From a candidate division WOR-3 bacterium (GTDB taxonomy: Bacteria > Hydrothermota > Hydrothermia > LBFQ01 > DSFT01), in NCBI GenBank assembly GCA_965649115.1, contig CBFGJN010000011.1:1-41892 (forward strand): a stretch of DNA of 41,892 nucleotides. Direction: 5' to 3'. A program made the translations under genes and the position numbers. Below, piece after piece: positions 18,516-28,166 of this stretch; position 1 is the first letter of the stretch, and every line of letters starts with the position of its first letter. Below the pieces are notes generated by a model. That model was not told the origin of the DNA and searched no databases. It worked only from the letters and a program-made list of their open reading frames with translations.

Positions 18516-19133
18516 ATTAGAACTTTTTTACCATTTATAATAAATAATCCTTTTTTAGGTTTATTTACTTTTCTTCCAAGAATATCATAATATCCACTTT
18601 TGAATTTTAAATTTGATTTTTCTGTTAAATGTGATGAACTCAAAATTTTCCCACTTAATAATAGCGAATCTTCAAAAATTTTAATTAATCCAAAATATGG
18701 TTTATATGAATAGGTTAGAATTTCAGTTTGATTTATTGAATCTAATTGGATTTAAATTTTCAACTTTTGCTAATGATGGTCTAAAAATTATTGTATCTAG
18801 GACACTATCTCCATCTATATCGGCAAAAGGAATTTTTATATTTAAGCGAATAAAACAAGTATCCCAAGCTTGCCAAATATCATTTAGGTTAGGATTAAAT
18901 TTTCCAAAAATCACTCTTTGATTATGATAGTAATTATTTCCTGTCCATATAAAAATTGAATCATTATTTGAGCGAATTTTAACAAGTTTCCCATTTATAT
19001 TAAGACAAAATCCATAAATCGGCATATTAATAATTGAAATTACACTATCATTTTGTGTTGATGTCTTAATGTTAAAATTATAAATATCATAAATCCAATA
19101 ATTTCCAACTATTAAACCAAGATAGTTTAACAT
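18509..19133 (-). pseudogene. frameshifted secreted protein with T9SS-type C-terminal sorting domain
   Basis: first frame stops at 18723; a shifted frame from ~18745 reads LDSINQTEILTYSYKPYFGLIK...YYDILGRKVNKPKKGLFIINGKKVLIQ* to 18509. Confidence 0.7.
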
Positions 19134-19177
19134 CGTTTTAAGGTCTCAAAATTATAAAGTATAATTTTTTGAATGTA

Positions 19178-19380
19178 TGTTTTGTCTAGTAATTCTGAAA
19201 TATAGATTATTTCTTATTTTGCCCGCCCACCCTGTAACTAAGCCTTCGGCTTACAAATTCCCATATTTAGGCTATGGGGGGCAAAGCCCCCCTTAATCCC
19301 CCCATTATTTCAAGTATTTCAATGAATTTTTTATAAGTGATTGATTATCAATCACTTAACAATAATTACTAGACAAAGCA
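19178..19380 (+). mobile_element. MITE, full copy (203 bp) with perfect 8-bp TSD
   Basis: TGTTTTGTCTAGTAATT...AATTACTAGACAAAGCA; TGAATGTA at 19170-19177 and 19381-19388. Confidence 0.92.
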
Positions 19381-19388
19381 TGAATGTA

Positions 19389-19529
19389 TATTTTTCTTTA
19401 TCTTGTCTACTTACCCTATAAATAAGCTTTCGGCTTAAACTTCGCCCCCCTTAAATCCCCCATAAAATTAATAGTTTATCAAGAATTTAACATGATTTAG
19501 CGGAAACCCCGTATTTACTGAATAAAGCA
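19389..19529 (+). repeat. older degenerate MITE remnant
   Basis: AAGCTTTCGGCTT, CGCCCCCCTTAAATCCCCC, end-like TTTACTGAATAAAGCA. Confidence 0.6.
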
Positions 19530-19567
19530 AAATCTCTCCAATAAAATCAATAACTCGCCTTATGAAT

Positions 19568-20314
19568 TTAAAATCCTCCTCTTAATATCAATTCAGTTGA
19601 ATAATTATTACTTATACCATCTCCATTATAGAAAATACTTTTATGAAGGTTTAAGTCTAAAAATAAACCAAACAAGCTAAATCCAATACTTAAACCAGCC
19701 GAAATTTCATTAGAATTTAAAGCTTTTTGATATAAATAATTTAAAATTGGTCCTAATTGTAATTTATTGAATGCATAAGAAAAGCCCAAAACAATTCTTG
19801 ATTTATCTGATTGAATGTGATTATCTTTTAAAGCTTTTGAATAAATTGCTTCACCAAAACCTAAAACTTTATCATAAACAAACGAATAACCTCCTCCAAA
19901 ACTTACATAATCAACAATTTCATAGCTCTTATCATTTAGATTATAAAATCCAATTGGAAGCTTATATGAAGCTAATAATGAAACAACATTTCTAAATTTT
20001 GAAAATTTTCCATAAATAGGAAAAAGTCTAAAACCTAAGTCAATTCCATATAGACTGAAAATTTTATCTTCTGTTTCCATTTTTGAATTAGAATAAACTA
20101 TTGGTGATGATAAGAATAATGAAAATTTCTTAAAGTTTCTTGAAACAAAAAAATTAAAAGAATTACCACTTAACTGACCATGCTCATCTTTCCCATAAGA
20201 GTAGGTCCAAGTTATAAAAACTTCATAATTTTTAAATAATGTTGAACTTAAACCTGTTGGAACATTTAAAGCACCTACACAAGCAGGACAATGTCCAATT
20301 AAATTAAAAAGCAT
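19568..20314 (-). CDS. putative outer-membrane barrel/transporter with N-terminal HCxxC
   Basis: HCPACVG near the N-terminus, amphipathic strands, terminal Phe; SD AGGAGG. Confidence 0.55.
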   Translation of the reverse strand: MLFNLIGHCPACVGALNVPTGLSSTLFKNYEVFITWTYSYGKDEHGQLSGNSFNFFVSRNFKKFSLFLSSPIVYSNSKMETEDKIFSLYGIDLGFRLFPIYGKFSKFRNVVSLLASYKLPIGFYNLNDKSYEIVDYVSFGGGYSFVYDKVLGFGEAIYSKALKDNHIQSDKSRIVLGFSYAFNKLQLGPILNYLYQKALNSNEISAGLSIGFSLFGLFLDLNLHKSIFYNGDGISNNYSTELILRGGF

Positions 20315-21314
20315 AATCTATACCTCCTTTTATGTTATAATTTCTGTTTATATATTCACCTTCAAATTCAACAAAAATTTTAGCATTCGTTCTTATATAG
20401 TAAGAAAAGTTAAAAGCAGTTGTAAATAATCTTTGATTAAAATAAATTGAGCTGTCTGGCGCACTTATGTAGTTAATTAAAATTGAAAAAACTTTTGGAA
20501 ATAGAATATAATCTAATCCAATAAATCCTCCATAAAATTCATCATAATCTTTGCCATACAATAATTGTCCAAAGAGATGAGCATTAAGATAACTATATTT
20601 AAAGTCAAGTCCAACTCTTCTAATGTTAGTATAATTATTTAAACTGTCAAAATCTTCTCCATAAAGTCCAAAAATGCCAAATTTAAATAATTCTAATCTT
20701 GAAAAATATAATTTTTGATTGTTGTTATCCTCAAAATTTAATCCATTACCATTAACAATTCCAAAACTAATAAATGGAAATTCAAATAATGCTCCTCTAT
20801 GATAAGTTAATTGCCAATTTGAGAATTTATAAATATAATAATCTGAAATTGTTAGTCTTAATTCTCTCATAAACATCAAATCACTAATTTGAAATTGACC
20901 AATTGTAAAGGCTAATTTTTCATTATGTAAATTTATCCAGGCATCTTCAAACTTAGGAGCTTCACCCTCTTCTATTATTAAGTAAGTATAAAAATTCAAA
21001 TTTTTACTAATTGGACCACCTGAAAAAATTTTAACAAAATTGGGTGTTAAAAATTGATAATGCTGACTATCAGTTTTTATATTGGCTTCAAATAATTGAT
21101 TAAATCTAAAAGCAATTGGAAATTTCTCAAATAAATTTAATTTTTCATCTCCTACATTTTTATAAATTTTTTCATCATTTCCTTCAAGATAATAACCTTT
21201 TTCTATAAAATGCTCTCCAAATGGATTTAATTTTGGATAAGAATAGTGACATGTTTGACAACTGAATCCGTACATTCTTGCAAAAGCTGGAATAGATATA
21301 ATTAAAATCAACAT
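20304..21314 (-). CDS. putative porin-like barrel with N-terminal c-type heme motif
   Basis: IPAFARMYGFSCQTCH..YPKLNPFG, then beta-strand pattern ending GIDYAF. Confidence 0.7.
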   Translation of the reverse strand: MLILIISIPAFARMYGFSCQTCHYSYPKLNPFGEHFIEKGYYLEGNDEKIYKNVGDEKLNLFEKFPIAFRFNQLFEANIKTDSQHYQFLTPNFVKIFSGGPISKNLNFYTYLIIEEGEAPKFEDAWINLHNEKLAFTIGQFQISDLMFMRELRLTISDYYIYKFSNWQLTYHRGALFEFPFISFGIVNGNGLNFEDNNNQKLYFSRLELFKFGIFGLYGEDFDSLNNYTNIRRVGLDFKYSYLNAHLFGQLLYGKDYDEFYGGFIGLDYILFPKVFSILINYISAPDSSIYFNQRLFTTAFNFSYYIRTNAKIFVEFEGEYINRNYNIKGGIDYAF

Positions 21315-21316
21315 TG

Positions 21317-21751
21317 TTATTCAACAAAAATTCTGCTCATCATGTTTTGATGGCCTAAGCCACAATACTCGTGGCAATAGACCCTATACTCGCCAGGTTT
21401 TTCAAACTTAACTCTATAATAGGTTATAGCGCCAGGTATTGCCATTAAATTTACATTTGTTCCTTCAATATGAAAACCATGAATAACATCAGGGCTTGTA
21501 AGATAAATATCAACGATTGAACCTTTTGGAATTTTAACTTCCATAGGAAAGAAACTAAATTGTCTTGCTATATAATGAATTTCATATTTATTTTCAGAAA
21601 CTTTTATAATTGTATCTTTTTCAAAAGGCTTTACATTTACAATACAGGTTGGAAGCTCTATGTTTTTAACATAAGCACCATATAATATAAGTGAAAAGAA
21701 AATTAAAAGCAGTATAGATGCTAAGCTCAAAGCAAATTTTTCAGCTTTCAT
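21317..21751 (-). CDS. cbaB: ba3-type cytochrome c oxidase subunit II (CuA)
   Basis: single TM; DVIHGF and CHEYCGLGHQNM CuA ligands. Confidence 0.92.
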   Translation of the reverse strand: MKAEKFALSLASILLLIFFSLILYGAYVKNIELPTCIVNVKPFEKDTIIKVSENKYEIHYIARQFSFFPMEVKIPKGSIVDIYLTSPDVIHGFHIEGTNVNLMAIPGAITYYRVKFEKPGEYRVYCHEYCGLGHQNMMSRIFVE

Positions 21752-22173
21752 GTTTTTACCTCCTTTTTTCTAATTTCATCGTGCTTTATTTGACCTCCAT
21801 AAAATCCCGTTATTGAAGAAGATATGATTGTCAAAAGAAGAATAATGAAAACGAAAATCCTAAATTTTTTCGTAATAAGTGAAACAATTGAGCTTAATAA
21901 TAAAACTATACTCAAAATAAATGTCCATAAGGCAAATTCTTCGTGAATTTCAATATATTCTTTATTTAATTGATTTTCTAACAATTCCTCGGCTTTATGA
22001 CCAGAAAAATAAACAATAATTGTAATGATTGAAAGAATAATTAAAAACCACAGACTAATAAATTTAATTTCTTCATTTTTACGATAAATGCCATATAAAA
22101 ATATAAAGAAAATAATTAAAAAACCCACAATAGAAAAATGATTTAATAATAAATGAATATGAACAGCAGACAT
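21748..22173 (-). CDS. 4-TM membrane protein, DUF2231-like, possibly heme-binding
   Basis: HIHLLLNHF, SGHKAEE, HEEFA, TGFYGGQIKH. Confidence 0.6.
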   Translation of the reverse strand: MSAVHIHLLLNHFSIVGFLIIFFIFLYGIYRKNEEIKFISLWFLIILSIITIIVYFSGHKAEELLENQLNKEYIEIHEEFALWTFILSIVLLLSSIVSLITKKFRIFVFIILLLTIISSSITGFYGGQIKHDEIRKKEVKT

Positions 22174-22182
22174 GATAACCTC

Positions 22183-22986
22183 CTAAAATAATAGAACTGG
22201 CATTAAAGCCCCTCTTAGAACTCTCTGTGTTGTAGAACTATAAAATAGTCTTTCAAGGATATTTAAGCTTTTTCTTCTTGACATTATAATTAAATCAATT
22301 TCATTATTATTAGCGTATTCTAAAATACCTTTACTTGCTTCTTCTGAAACAATAATTTTTAGATGCCAATCAATATCTTTAAAATTGTAATTTTTTAGAT
22401 TTTCATTTAATTTACCTTCTTGAAGTTGAATTTCTTCAATTGGCACACTATGAGGACTTTCAATAACATTTAGAAGATGGAGTTTAGCATCAGTTAATTT
22501 TGCTAGTTCAATTGTAAAAATTAACGGTTCAAAAGAATAACTTTTTTCATTTATAGTAAGTAAGATATTTCTAAATGATGTTTTAGGTTTTCTTGTGCCA
22601 AAAAGAATAGGAATTTCAGATATATTCTTCAAAGATAAAGCGTTAGAACCAATAAAGTTAGCATCTTCAACATCATAACTTGAGCGTCCAATAGAAATTA
22701 AAGAACTATTTAATTGTTTAGCTATTTCAATAATTTCATAAGGGATATGGTTTGAAGAGATTTTAATATGAACTTTCGCATCTACTTTATTCTCATTTAG
22801 AAAATTCATTAATTTCTTTTCTTTTTCTTTCTTTTCAACTTCTGGTGTTGAAAGTCCATAAACTTTTGGAGATACAAAATAAACAACATTTAGCTCCCAA
22901 TTGAAAATTCTTGAAATTGTCCAAGATGTTATAAGAGCATTTTCGCTTTGCTTTGAAAAATCAAAAGCACATAAAATAGTCTTCAT
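22183..22986 (-). CDS. universal stress protein, tandem USP domains
   Basis: TILCAFDFSKQS; DLIIMSRR..SSTTQRVLRGALMPVL. Confidence 0.88.
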   Translation of the reverse strand: MKTILCAFDFSKQSENALITSWTISRIFNWELNVVYFVSPKVYGLSTPEVEKKEKEKKLMNFLNENKVDAKVHIKISSNHIPYEIIEIAKQLNSSLISIGRSSYDVEDANFIGSNALSLKNISEIPILFGTRKPKTSFRNILLTINEKSYSFEPLIFTIELAKLTDAKLHLLNVIESPHSVPIEEIQLQEGKLNENLKNYNFKDIDWHLKIIVSEEASKGILEYANNNEIDLIIMSRRKSLNILERLFYSSTTQRVLRGALMPVLLF

Positions 22987-22989
22987 GTT

Positions 22990-23535
22990 TTAACCTCCTT
23001 TTTTTAAGAACATTTCTAAATGTAGCCAATAGGCTAAAAAGCCTATAAAAATCCAAATAAAGGCACTTAAAATGAGTAATAAAACACCCAAGAAATTCAT
23101 TTTTTTATTTTGAAATTTTAAAGTAAATGGAGAAATAATACCACATATTCCTGTTAGAACATAACCAATACCTGCTAAAATTGGCATATAAGTTAATTTC
23201 AAATTTATTATTCTAACTCCAAGTTCCACTGATAACAATCCAAATATAAAACCTAAAATTGAGAGATAAAATAAATCAATTTCTAAAATTAAACTTAATC
23301 CAGCAAAGAACATTAACATTCCAAGTAATATCGCAGGTTCTCCAAATAAGATATTATAACTTTTTTCTTCAAGTGGCCAATTAAAAATAAGATGAAACGA
23401 AGGAATAATAAGAATTATAGATGTCAGAATAAATGGGAAGGAAAATTTCTTCTTTTCCTTACTAATTAAGAAAAGAGCTAACATAATTAAACTTGAAGAA
23501 AGTCCAATAAGCATTAAAGATATATAATTTGGCAT
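22990..23535 (-). CDS. DUF981-like membrane protein
   Basis: WPL...SYNILFGEP motif; 6 hydrophobic segments. Confidence 0.7.
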   Translation of the reverse strand: MPNYISLMLIGLSSSLIMLALFLISKEKKKFSFPFILTSIILIIPSFHLIFNWPLEEKSYNILFGEPAILLGMLMFFAGLSLILEIDLFYLSILGFIFGLLSVELGVRIINLKLTYMPILAGIGYVLTGICGIISPFTLKFQNKKMNFLGVLLLILSAFIWIFIGFLAYWLHLEMFLKKGG

Positions 23536-23538
23536 ATT

Positions 23539-23649
23539 TTATCCCCTTTTCAACATAACCATATAAACTAAAAGCCATATAAATGCATATAAAATTATCA
23601 TTAGAACAAAAAAGAAAATTGAACCTTTTGGAAAGAATTTCTCACTCAT
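23539..23649 (-). CDS. cbaD: ba3-type oxidase subunit IIa (36 aa, absent from the ORF track)
   Basis: MSEKFFPKGSIFFFVLMIILYAFIWLLVYMVMLKRG*: PKG...W...Y...RG pattern, single TM, SD GGAGG, directly after subunit I. Confidence 0.88.
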   Translation of the reverse strand: MSEKFFPKGSIFFFVLMIILYAFIWLLVYMVMLKRG

Positions 23650-23652
23650 AGT

Positions 23653-25272
23653 TTAACCTCCTGTTGCCCTAAAAACATCATAATAAACAAAAGTATAAGC
23701 AAGGATAATAAGAAGAATAGCCAAAAATAACCATAACTTAAATTCATTTAGAATTTTATTATATCCATTTTCATAAGGTTCTGAACTTTCAATTTCTAAA
23801 ATCTCTTCTTTAACTTTCTTTGAAAAAATTGTTGAAAAGAATACAATGAAATAAATAACCATAGCCAAAAACATTAAAATTCCACCAATTAATGAAATAT
23901 AATTCCAAATTTGCCAGTGTGGATTAAATAATGGACTATCGGGATTTGAATAAGTTAAGCCCATATTTGTTCTTCTTGGGATTCCAAAAATTCCTCCAAT
24001 CATCATTCCAAAACCAAAAATTAAAGAACCGACTAACCAAAGGTATGGAACTAATAAATTCAAAAATTTTAGTTTAACTTCTTTACCTGTAATTCTTTCA
24101 ATTAAATATAAACTTATTCCAAGAATTCCAAGAAAAACAATTCCTCCAAGTGTTAAATGAAAATGTCCTGGAACATAAGAAGTATTATGAACAATAAGAT
24201 TTACATTATATGAAGCATTTACAATCCCTGTTATTCCACCAAAAATAAAAATTATTAAACCACTAATAAAATAAGCAAATAACCATTTCTCCTTATCAAA
24301 GTATGGAAGTTTAAATAACCAAGATAATAAACCATTAGAACCATTTTTCCTTCCTGCATATTCAAGTGTTGCACTAATTGTAAATGCTGTTATAAATGAA
24401 GGAATTGCTACCATAAATGTTAAAAATCCTTGAATTAACTTCCAATTTGTTCCAATTCCAGGGTCAGCAAATTGATGATGAACACCAACAGGAATTGAAA
24501 ATATAATAAATAGAGCAAATGTTAAGCGAGCGAATGTTTCAGAATACAATTTTGAATTTATAATTTTTGGAAGGATAACATAAAGTCCAACATAAATAGG
24601 AAGAAGCCAAAAATAAACAAGTGCATGTCCAAACATCCAAAATAGTGTTCTTGCTAATAAATTATTTATTTCACTAACAATTTTTAATGATTTTGGAAGA
24701 AGCATGAATAAAATTTCAATAGCAACTGGAATTGTACATAAAAACCATATTATAAATGCTGAAAATATTCCATATACAGCAAGAGGTGTTTCTTTATTTT
24801 CTTTCTTATAATTTAAATAAGTTGGAATCCAATTAAAAAATGCTATCCAAGAACCTATAACAAGCAAAACTGCACCTATATAAAATGTCGGAGGTGCAAT
24901 AAGTGGAGGATAAAATGTATATAAAACATCTGTTTTTTGTATTAAAATTGAATAGGCAGTTATAAGTGTTCCTATAAACATTAACCAAAATGAAAACCAG
25001 GCAATTTTTAAGTTTATTTCTCTTTTTAAAAAGTAGGTTATAATAGCATTACCAAAAGCAACAGCAAAAAATGTTGTAAGAACAATGGCATTAACAACGC
25101 CATGAAGTGTTAAACCTTGATAATATGTAATACCTAAGAAATCAACTGATTTTATAATTCCAGCTCTATAAAGAACTTGCATAAGTCCATGGTAAATTCC
25201 AAGGATTAAAAGGATTATTGGAAAGGTAATTTCCCAAAATATAAGATTTTTTAAGCTTTTAGATATTTTCAT
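23653..25272 (-). CDS. cbaA: B-family (ba3) heme-copper oxygen reductase subunit I
   Basis: YYQGLTLHG, GHALVYFWLLPIY (His-Tyr), HHQFAD, PSFITAF, GHFH, PRR. Confidence 0.93.
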   Translation of the reverse strand: MKISKSLKNLIFWEITFPIILLILGIYHGLMQVLYRAGIIKSVDFLGITYYQGLTLHGVVNAIVLTTFFAVAFGNAIITYFLKREINLKIAWFSFWLMFIGTLITAYSILIQKTDVLYTFYPPLIAPPTFYIGAVLLVIGSWIAFFNWIPTYLNYKKENKETPLAVYGIFSAFIIWFLCTIPVAIEILFMLLPKSLKIVSEINNLLARTLFWMFGHALVYFWLLPIYVGLYVILPKIINSKLYSETFARLTFALFIIFSIPVGVHHQFADPGIGTNWKLIQGFLTFMVAIPSFITAFTISATLEYAGRKNGSNGLLSWLFKLPYFDKEKWLFAYFISGLIIFIFGGITGIVNASYNVNLIVHNTSYVPGHFHLTLGGIVFLGILGISLYLIERITGKEVKLKFLNLLVPYLWLVGSLIFGFGMMIGGIFGIPRRTNMGLTYSNPDSPLFNPHWQIWNYISLIGGILMFLAMVIYFIVFFSTIFSKKVKEEILEIESSEPYENGYNKILNEFKLWLFLAILLIILAYTFVYYDVFRATGG

Positions 25273-25374
25273 TTTTCAACCTCCTTTTTAGGTTAAATTT
25301 ATCAAGAATAAAATTTTAAAGTAGTAAAAAATTACTGACTTTTTTAGTAAGAATTTATCCTTTTATAGTTTTTA

Positions 25375-25471
25375 TCAGGGGTTTTAAAGAGGATGAAGTC
25401 CCCATGCCGAAATAGGGGTATTTATAAGCCAAAGGCTTATTTTGGTGTGGGCAAAATTACTGGGCAATACA
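25375..25471 (-). repeat. degenerate MITE remnant
   Basis: GCCGAAATAGGGGTATTTATAAGCCAAAGGCTT; end-like ATTACTGGGCAATACA at 25471. Confidence 0.65.
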
Positions 25472-25480
25472 AAAAGCATC

Positions 25481-25673
25481 TGCTTTGTCTAGTAAGTAGT
25501 GTTAAGTCCTTGATTATCAATAACTTACAAAAATTTTAAGGAAATTAAAAATTTTATGGGGGACAAAGCCCCCCTAGACCGAAAAATGGGCATTTATAAG
25601 CCGAAGGCTTATTATTAGGGTGGGTGGGAAAAATATAGAAAAATATATGTTTCCAGAATTACTAGACACACCA
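25481..25673 (-). mobile_element. MITE copy with perfect 9-bp TSD
   Basis: TGCTTTGTCTAGTAA...AATTACTAGACACACCA; AAAAGCATC at 25472-25480 and 25674-25682. Confidence 0.9.
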
Positions 25674-25708
25674 AAAAGCATCAATATTCGTCCTTTAAAA
25701 TTTTAGAA

Positions 25709-26254
25709 ATGTTAGAATTAAAAGAAAAAAAATTAACAATTAAAGATTATGAGAAATTACCAGAGGGTAGTCCTTATCAACTTATAAAAGGAGCGTTAAT
25801 TATGAGTCCAGCACCATCAGCAGAACATCAAAGAAGTTCAAAAAAAATTTTCTTAAAGCTTTATGAATTTATTGAAAAATCAAATTTGGGAGAAGTCTTA
25901 TATTCACCTATTGATGTTTATTTAGATGATGAAAATGTTTATCAACCTGATATTGTAGTTGTTTTAAAGGATTCAAAAGCAAAAATTGTTGAAAAAGGGA
26001 TTGAGGGAGCACCTGATATTGTCATTGAGATAATTTCACCATCAACAGCTTATTATGACTTAATTGAGAAGAAAGAAGTTTATGAAAAATATGGCGTCAA
26101 AGAGTATTGGATAATAGACCCGAAATCAAAAACATTTGAAATTTACTTAAATTCTGAAAGTGGTTTTGAGATTATTTCAAGAGCAAAGATAAAAGGATTT
26201 GTAAAATCACGAATTTTAAATTTAGACTTAAATGTTGAGGAAATTTTTGAATAA
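25709..26254 (+). CDS. Uma2 (DUF820) family endonuclease-like protein
   Basis: MSPAPSAEHQ, QPDI, GAPDIVIEIISPST, GVKEYWIIDP. Confidence 0.92.
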   Translation: MLELKEKKLTIKDYEKLPEGSPYQLIKGALIMSPAPSAEHQRSSKKIFLKLYEFIEKSNLGEVLYSPIDVYLDDENVYQPDIVVVLKDSKAKIVEKGIEGAPDIVIEIISPSTAYYDLIEKKEVYEKYGVKEYWIIDPKSKTFEIYLNSESGFEIISRAKIKGFVKSRILNLDLNVEEIFE

Positions 26255-26263
26255 TTAATCATT

Positions 26264-26584
26264 ATTAGAGGCAAGGCCCCTATGCCGAAAAATGGGCATT
26301 TCAAAGGCTTTGCCCTATTCATAGGGTAAAATAAAATTCTTTGTTTTATCGGGGCGTTCTTAAAGGGGGCATTAGCCCCCCTCATCAAAATAGGGTGGGT
26401 GGAGTATTCGGCAGATAGCAGTGTGGATGGAAAGCTTTTTTAAATCAGTGGGGTTTTACCCTCTATAAAGTTATTGATTTAATGGGGGGATTAAGGGAGG
26501 CGTAGTTTAAGCCGAAGGCTTAAATATAGGGTGGGTGGGCAAAATATAATAGAATAAATAGTTTTAGAATTACTGGACACAGCA
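26264..26584 (-). repeat. cluster of partial MITE copies ending in an intact terminus
   Basis: several family cores; end AATTACTGGACACAGCA at 26584. Confidence 0.75.
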
Positions 26585-26593
26585 CAAGCTATA

Positions 26594-26750
26594 TGCTTTT
26601 TTTAAGGAAATTGTTGATTTATTGGGGGGATTATTAGGGGGGCTCTGCCCCCCAAAGCAAAAAATGGGTACTTTAAAGCCGAAGGCTTTTATTTAGGGCG
26701 GGTGGGAAAATAAAGAAAAATAAATAATTCCAGAATTATTGGACAAGGCA
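26594..26750 (-). mobile_element. MITE copy with one end deleted to TGCTTT and a perfect 9-bp TSD
   Basis: CAAGCTATA at 26585-26593 and 26751-26759; near-identical to 41597-41777 and to the reverse complement of 17290-17493. Confidence 0.9.
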
Positions 26751-26787
26751 CAAGCTATAATTTTATCTACTTTAAAATTTTCAAACT

Positions 26788-27102
26788 ATGAGATATGCTA
26801 TTTTACAAATTTCTGGAACACAAATGAAAGTAGAAGAAGGAAAGGAGATTACAATAAATAGAATAGAAGCTAATGAAGGAGATATTATAGAATTAAAAGA
26901 TGTTCTCTTTATAAAAGATGGAGAAAACTTTATCTTTGGAAAGCCTTTTGTTGATAATGCTAAGGTTTTAGCAAAAGTCATTAAACATTTTAAAGGTCCT
27001 AAAATACTTGTTTTTAAATATAAAAGAAAAAATAATTATAGAAGGAGAAGGGGTCATAGACAGTATCTAACAAAACTTCTTGTTGAAAAAATTGAGTTTT
27101 AA
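26788..27102 (+). CDS. rplU: 50S ribosomal protein bL21
   Basis: [18 protein letters not shown]...[12 protein letters not shown]. Confidence 0.96.
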   Translation: MRYAILQISGTQMKVEEGKEITINRIEANEGDIIELKDVLFIKDGENFIFGKPFVDNAKVLAKVIKHFKGPKILVFKYKRKNNYRRRRGHRQYLTKLLVEKIEF

Positions 27103-28166
27103 TGGATTTTGATAAAGTTTTAGAAAAATACAATGAACTTGAAGAAAAATTATATAAATTAAGTAGTGAAAATAAAATTGATGAATTAAAAGAGGTTGCC
27201 AAAGAATATGAAGATTTGAAAGAAATAGTTAAGAAAATTAAAGCTTATAAGGATTTGCAAAATTATCTAAAAGAATTGTTTGAATTAAAGGAGATTGAAA
27301 AAGACCCAAAATTAAAATCTGAAATTTCAGAAGAGATTGAAAGTACAAAGATTAAAATTGAAAAATTGGAACTTGAGATAAAAGAATTATTAAAGCCAAA
27401 AGACCCGAATGACGAACTGAATGCTATAATTGAAATAAGAGCAGGTGCAGGCGGTGATGAAGCAGGTATATTTGCAGGTGATTTGTTCAGAATGTATAGT
27501 AAATATGCTGAAAAGAAAGGTTGGAAAATTTCAGTTATTGATGCTCATGAAAATGATTATGGAGGATATAAAGAAATTGTCTTTATTGTTGAGGGAAAGG
27601 GAGCGTACGGTAGATTGAAATATGAAGGTGGAGTTCATCGTGTTCAAAGAGTTCCAATAACAGAAGCAGGTGGAAGAATACATACTTCAACGGTTAGTGT
27701 TGTTGTTCTTCCTGAATATAAGGATGTTTCTGATATTGAAATTAAAGAAGAGGATTTAAAAATTGAGACATTTAGAGCAAGTGGAGCAGGTGGTCAACAT
27801 GTTAATAAAACTGAAAGTGCAGTTAGAATTACACATATTCCTACAGGAATTGTTGTAAGTGTTCAAGATGAAAGGAGCCAGCATCAAAATAAAGCGAAAG
27901 CACTAAGAATTTTGAAATCAAAACTTAAAGAAATAAAAGAAAGGGAAAAACTTCAAGAAATAGGTGAAAAAAGAAAAAGTATGATAGGAAGTATGGAAAG
28001 GGCAGAAAAAATTAGAACTTATAATTGGCCACAAAATAGAGTAACAGATCATAGATTAGAAGGTGAAAATAAAAATTACCCATTGGATAGAATTATAGAA
28101 GGAGAACTTGATGAGTTAATTGATAGTTTAATTTTGAAATTTTCAAATATAGAGTCTTCTATATAA
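27102..28166 (+). CDS. prfA: peptide chain release factor 1
   Basis: HRVQRVPIT (PxT motif), [13 protein letters not shown]. Confidence 0.96.
   Translation: MDFDKVLEKYNELEEKLYKLSSENKIDELKEVAKEYEDLKEIVKKIKAYKDLQNYLKELFELKEIEKDPKLKSEISEEIESTKIKIEKLELEIKELLKPKDPNDELNAIIEIRAGAGGDEAGIFAGDLFRMYSKYAEKKGWKISVIDAHENDYGGYKEIVFIVEGKGAYGRLKYEGGVHRVQRVPITEAGGRIHTSTVSVVVLPEYKDVSDIEIKEEDLKIETFRASGAGGQHVNKTESAVRITHIPTGIVVSVQDERSQHQNKAKALRILKSKLKEIKEREKLQEIGEKRKSMIGSMERAEKIRTYNWPQNRVTDHRLEGENKNYPLDRIIEGELDELIDSLILKFSNIESSI

Noticed and set aside
18723..18725. TGA readthrough or selenocysteine
   Set aside because: The continuation is in a different frame, and TGA serves as a normal stop elsewhere in the window.
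23653..25272. Nitric-oxide reductase derived from the B family
   Set aside because: It retains the HxxVY cross-link Tyr and the K-channel-analog Tyr/Ser/Thr residues of ba3 O2 reductases.
26395..26465. GC-richer stretch as a tRNA or ncRNA
   Set aside because: No cloverleaf or T-loop motif was seen, and it is embedded among MITE fragments.
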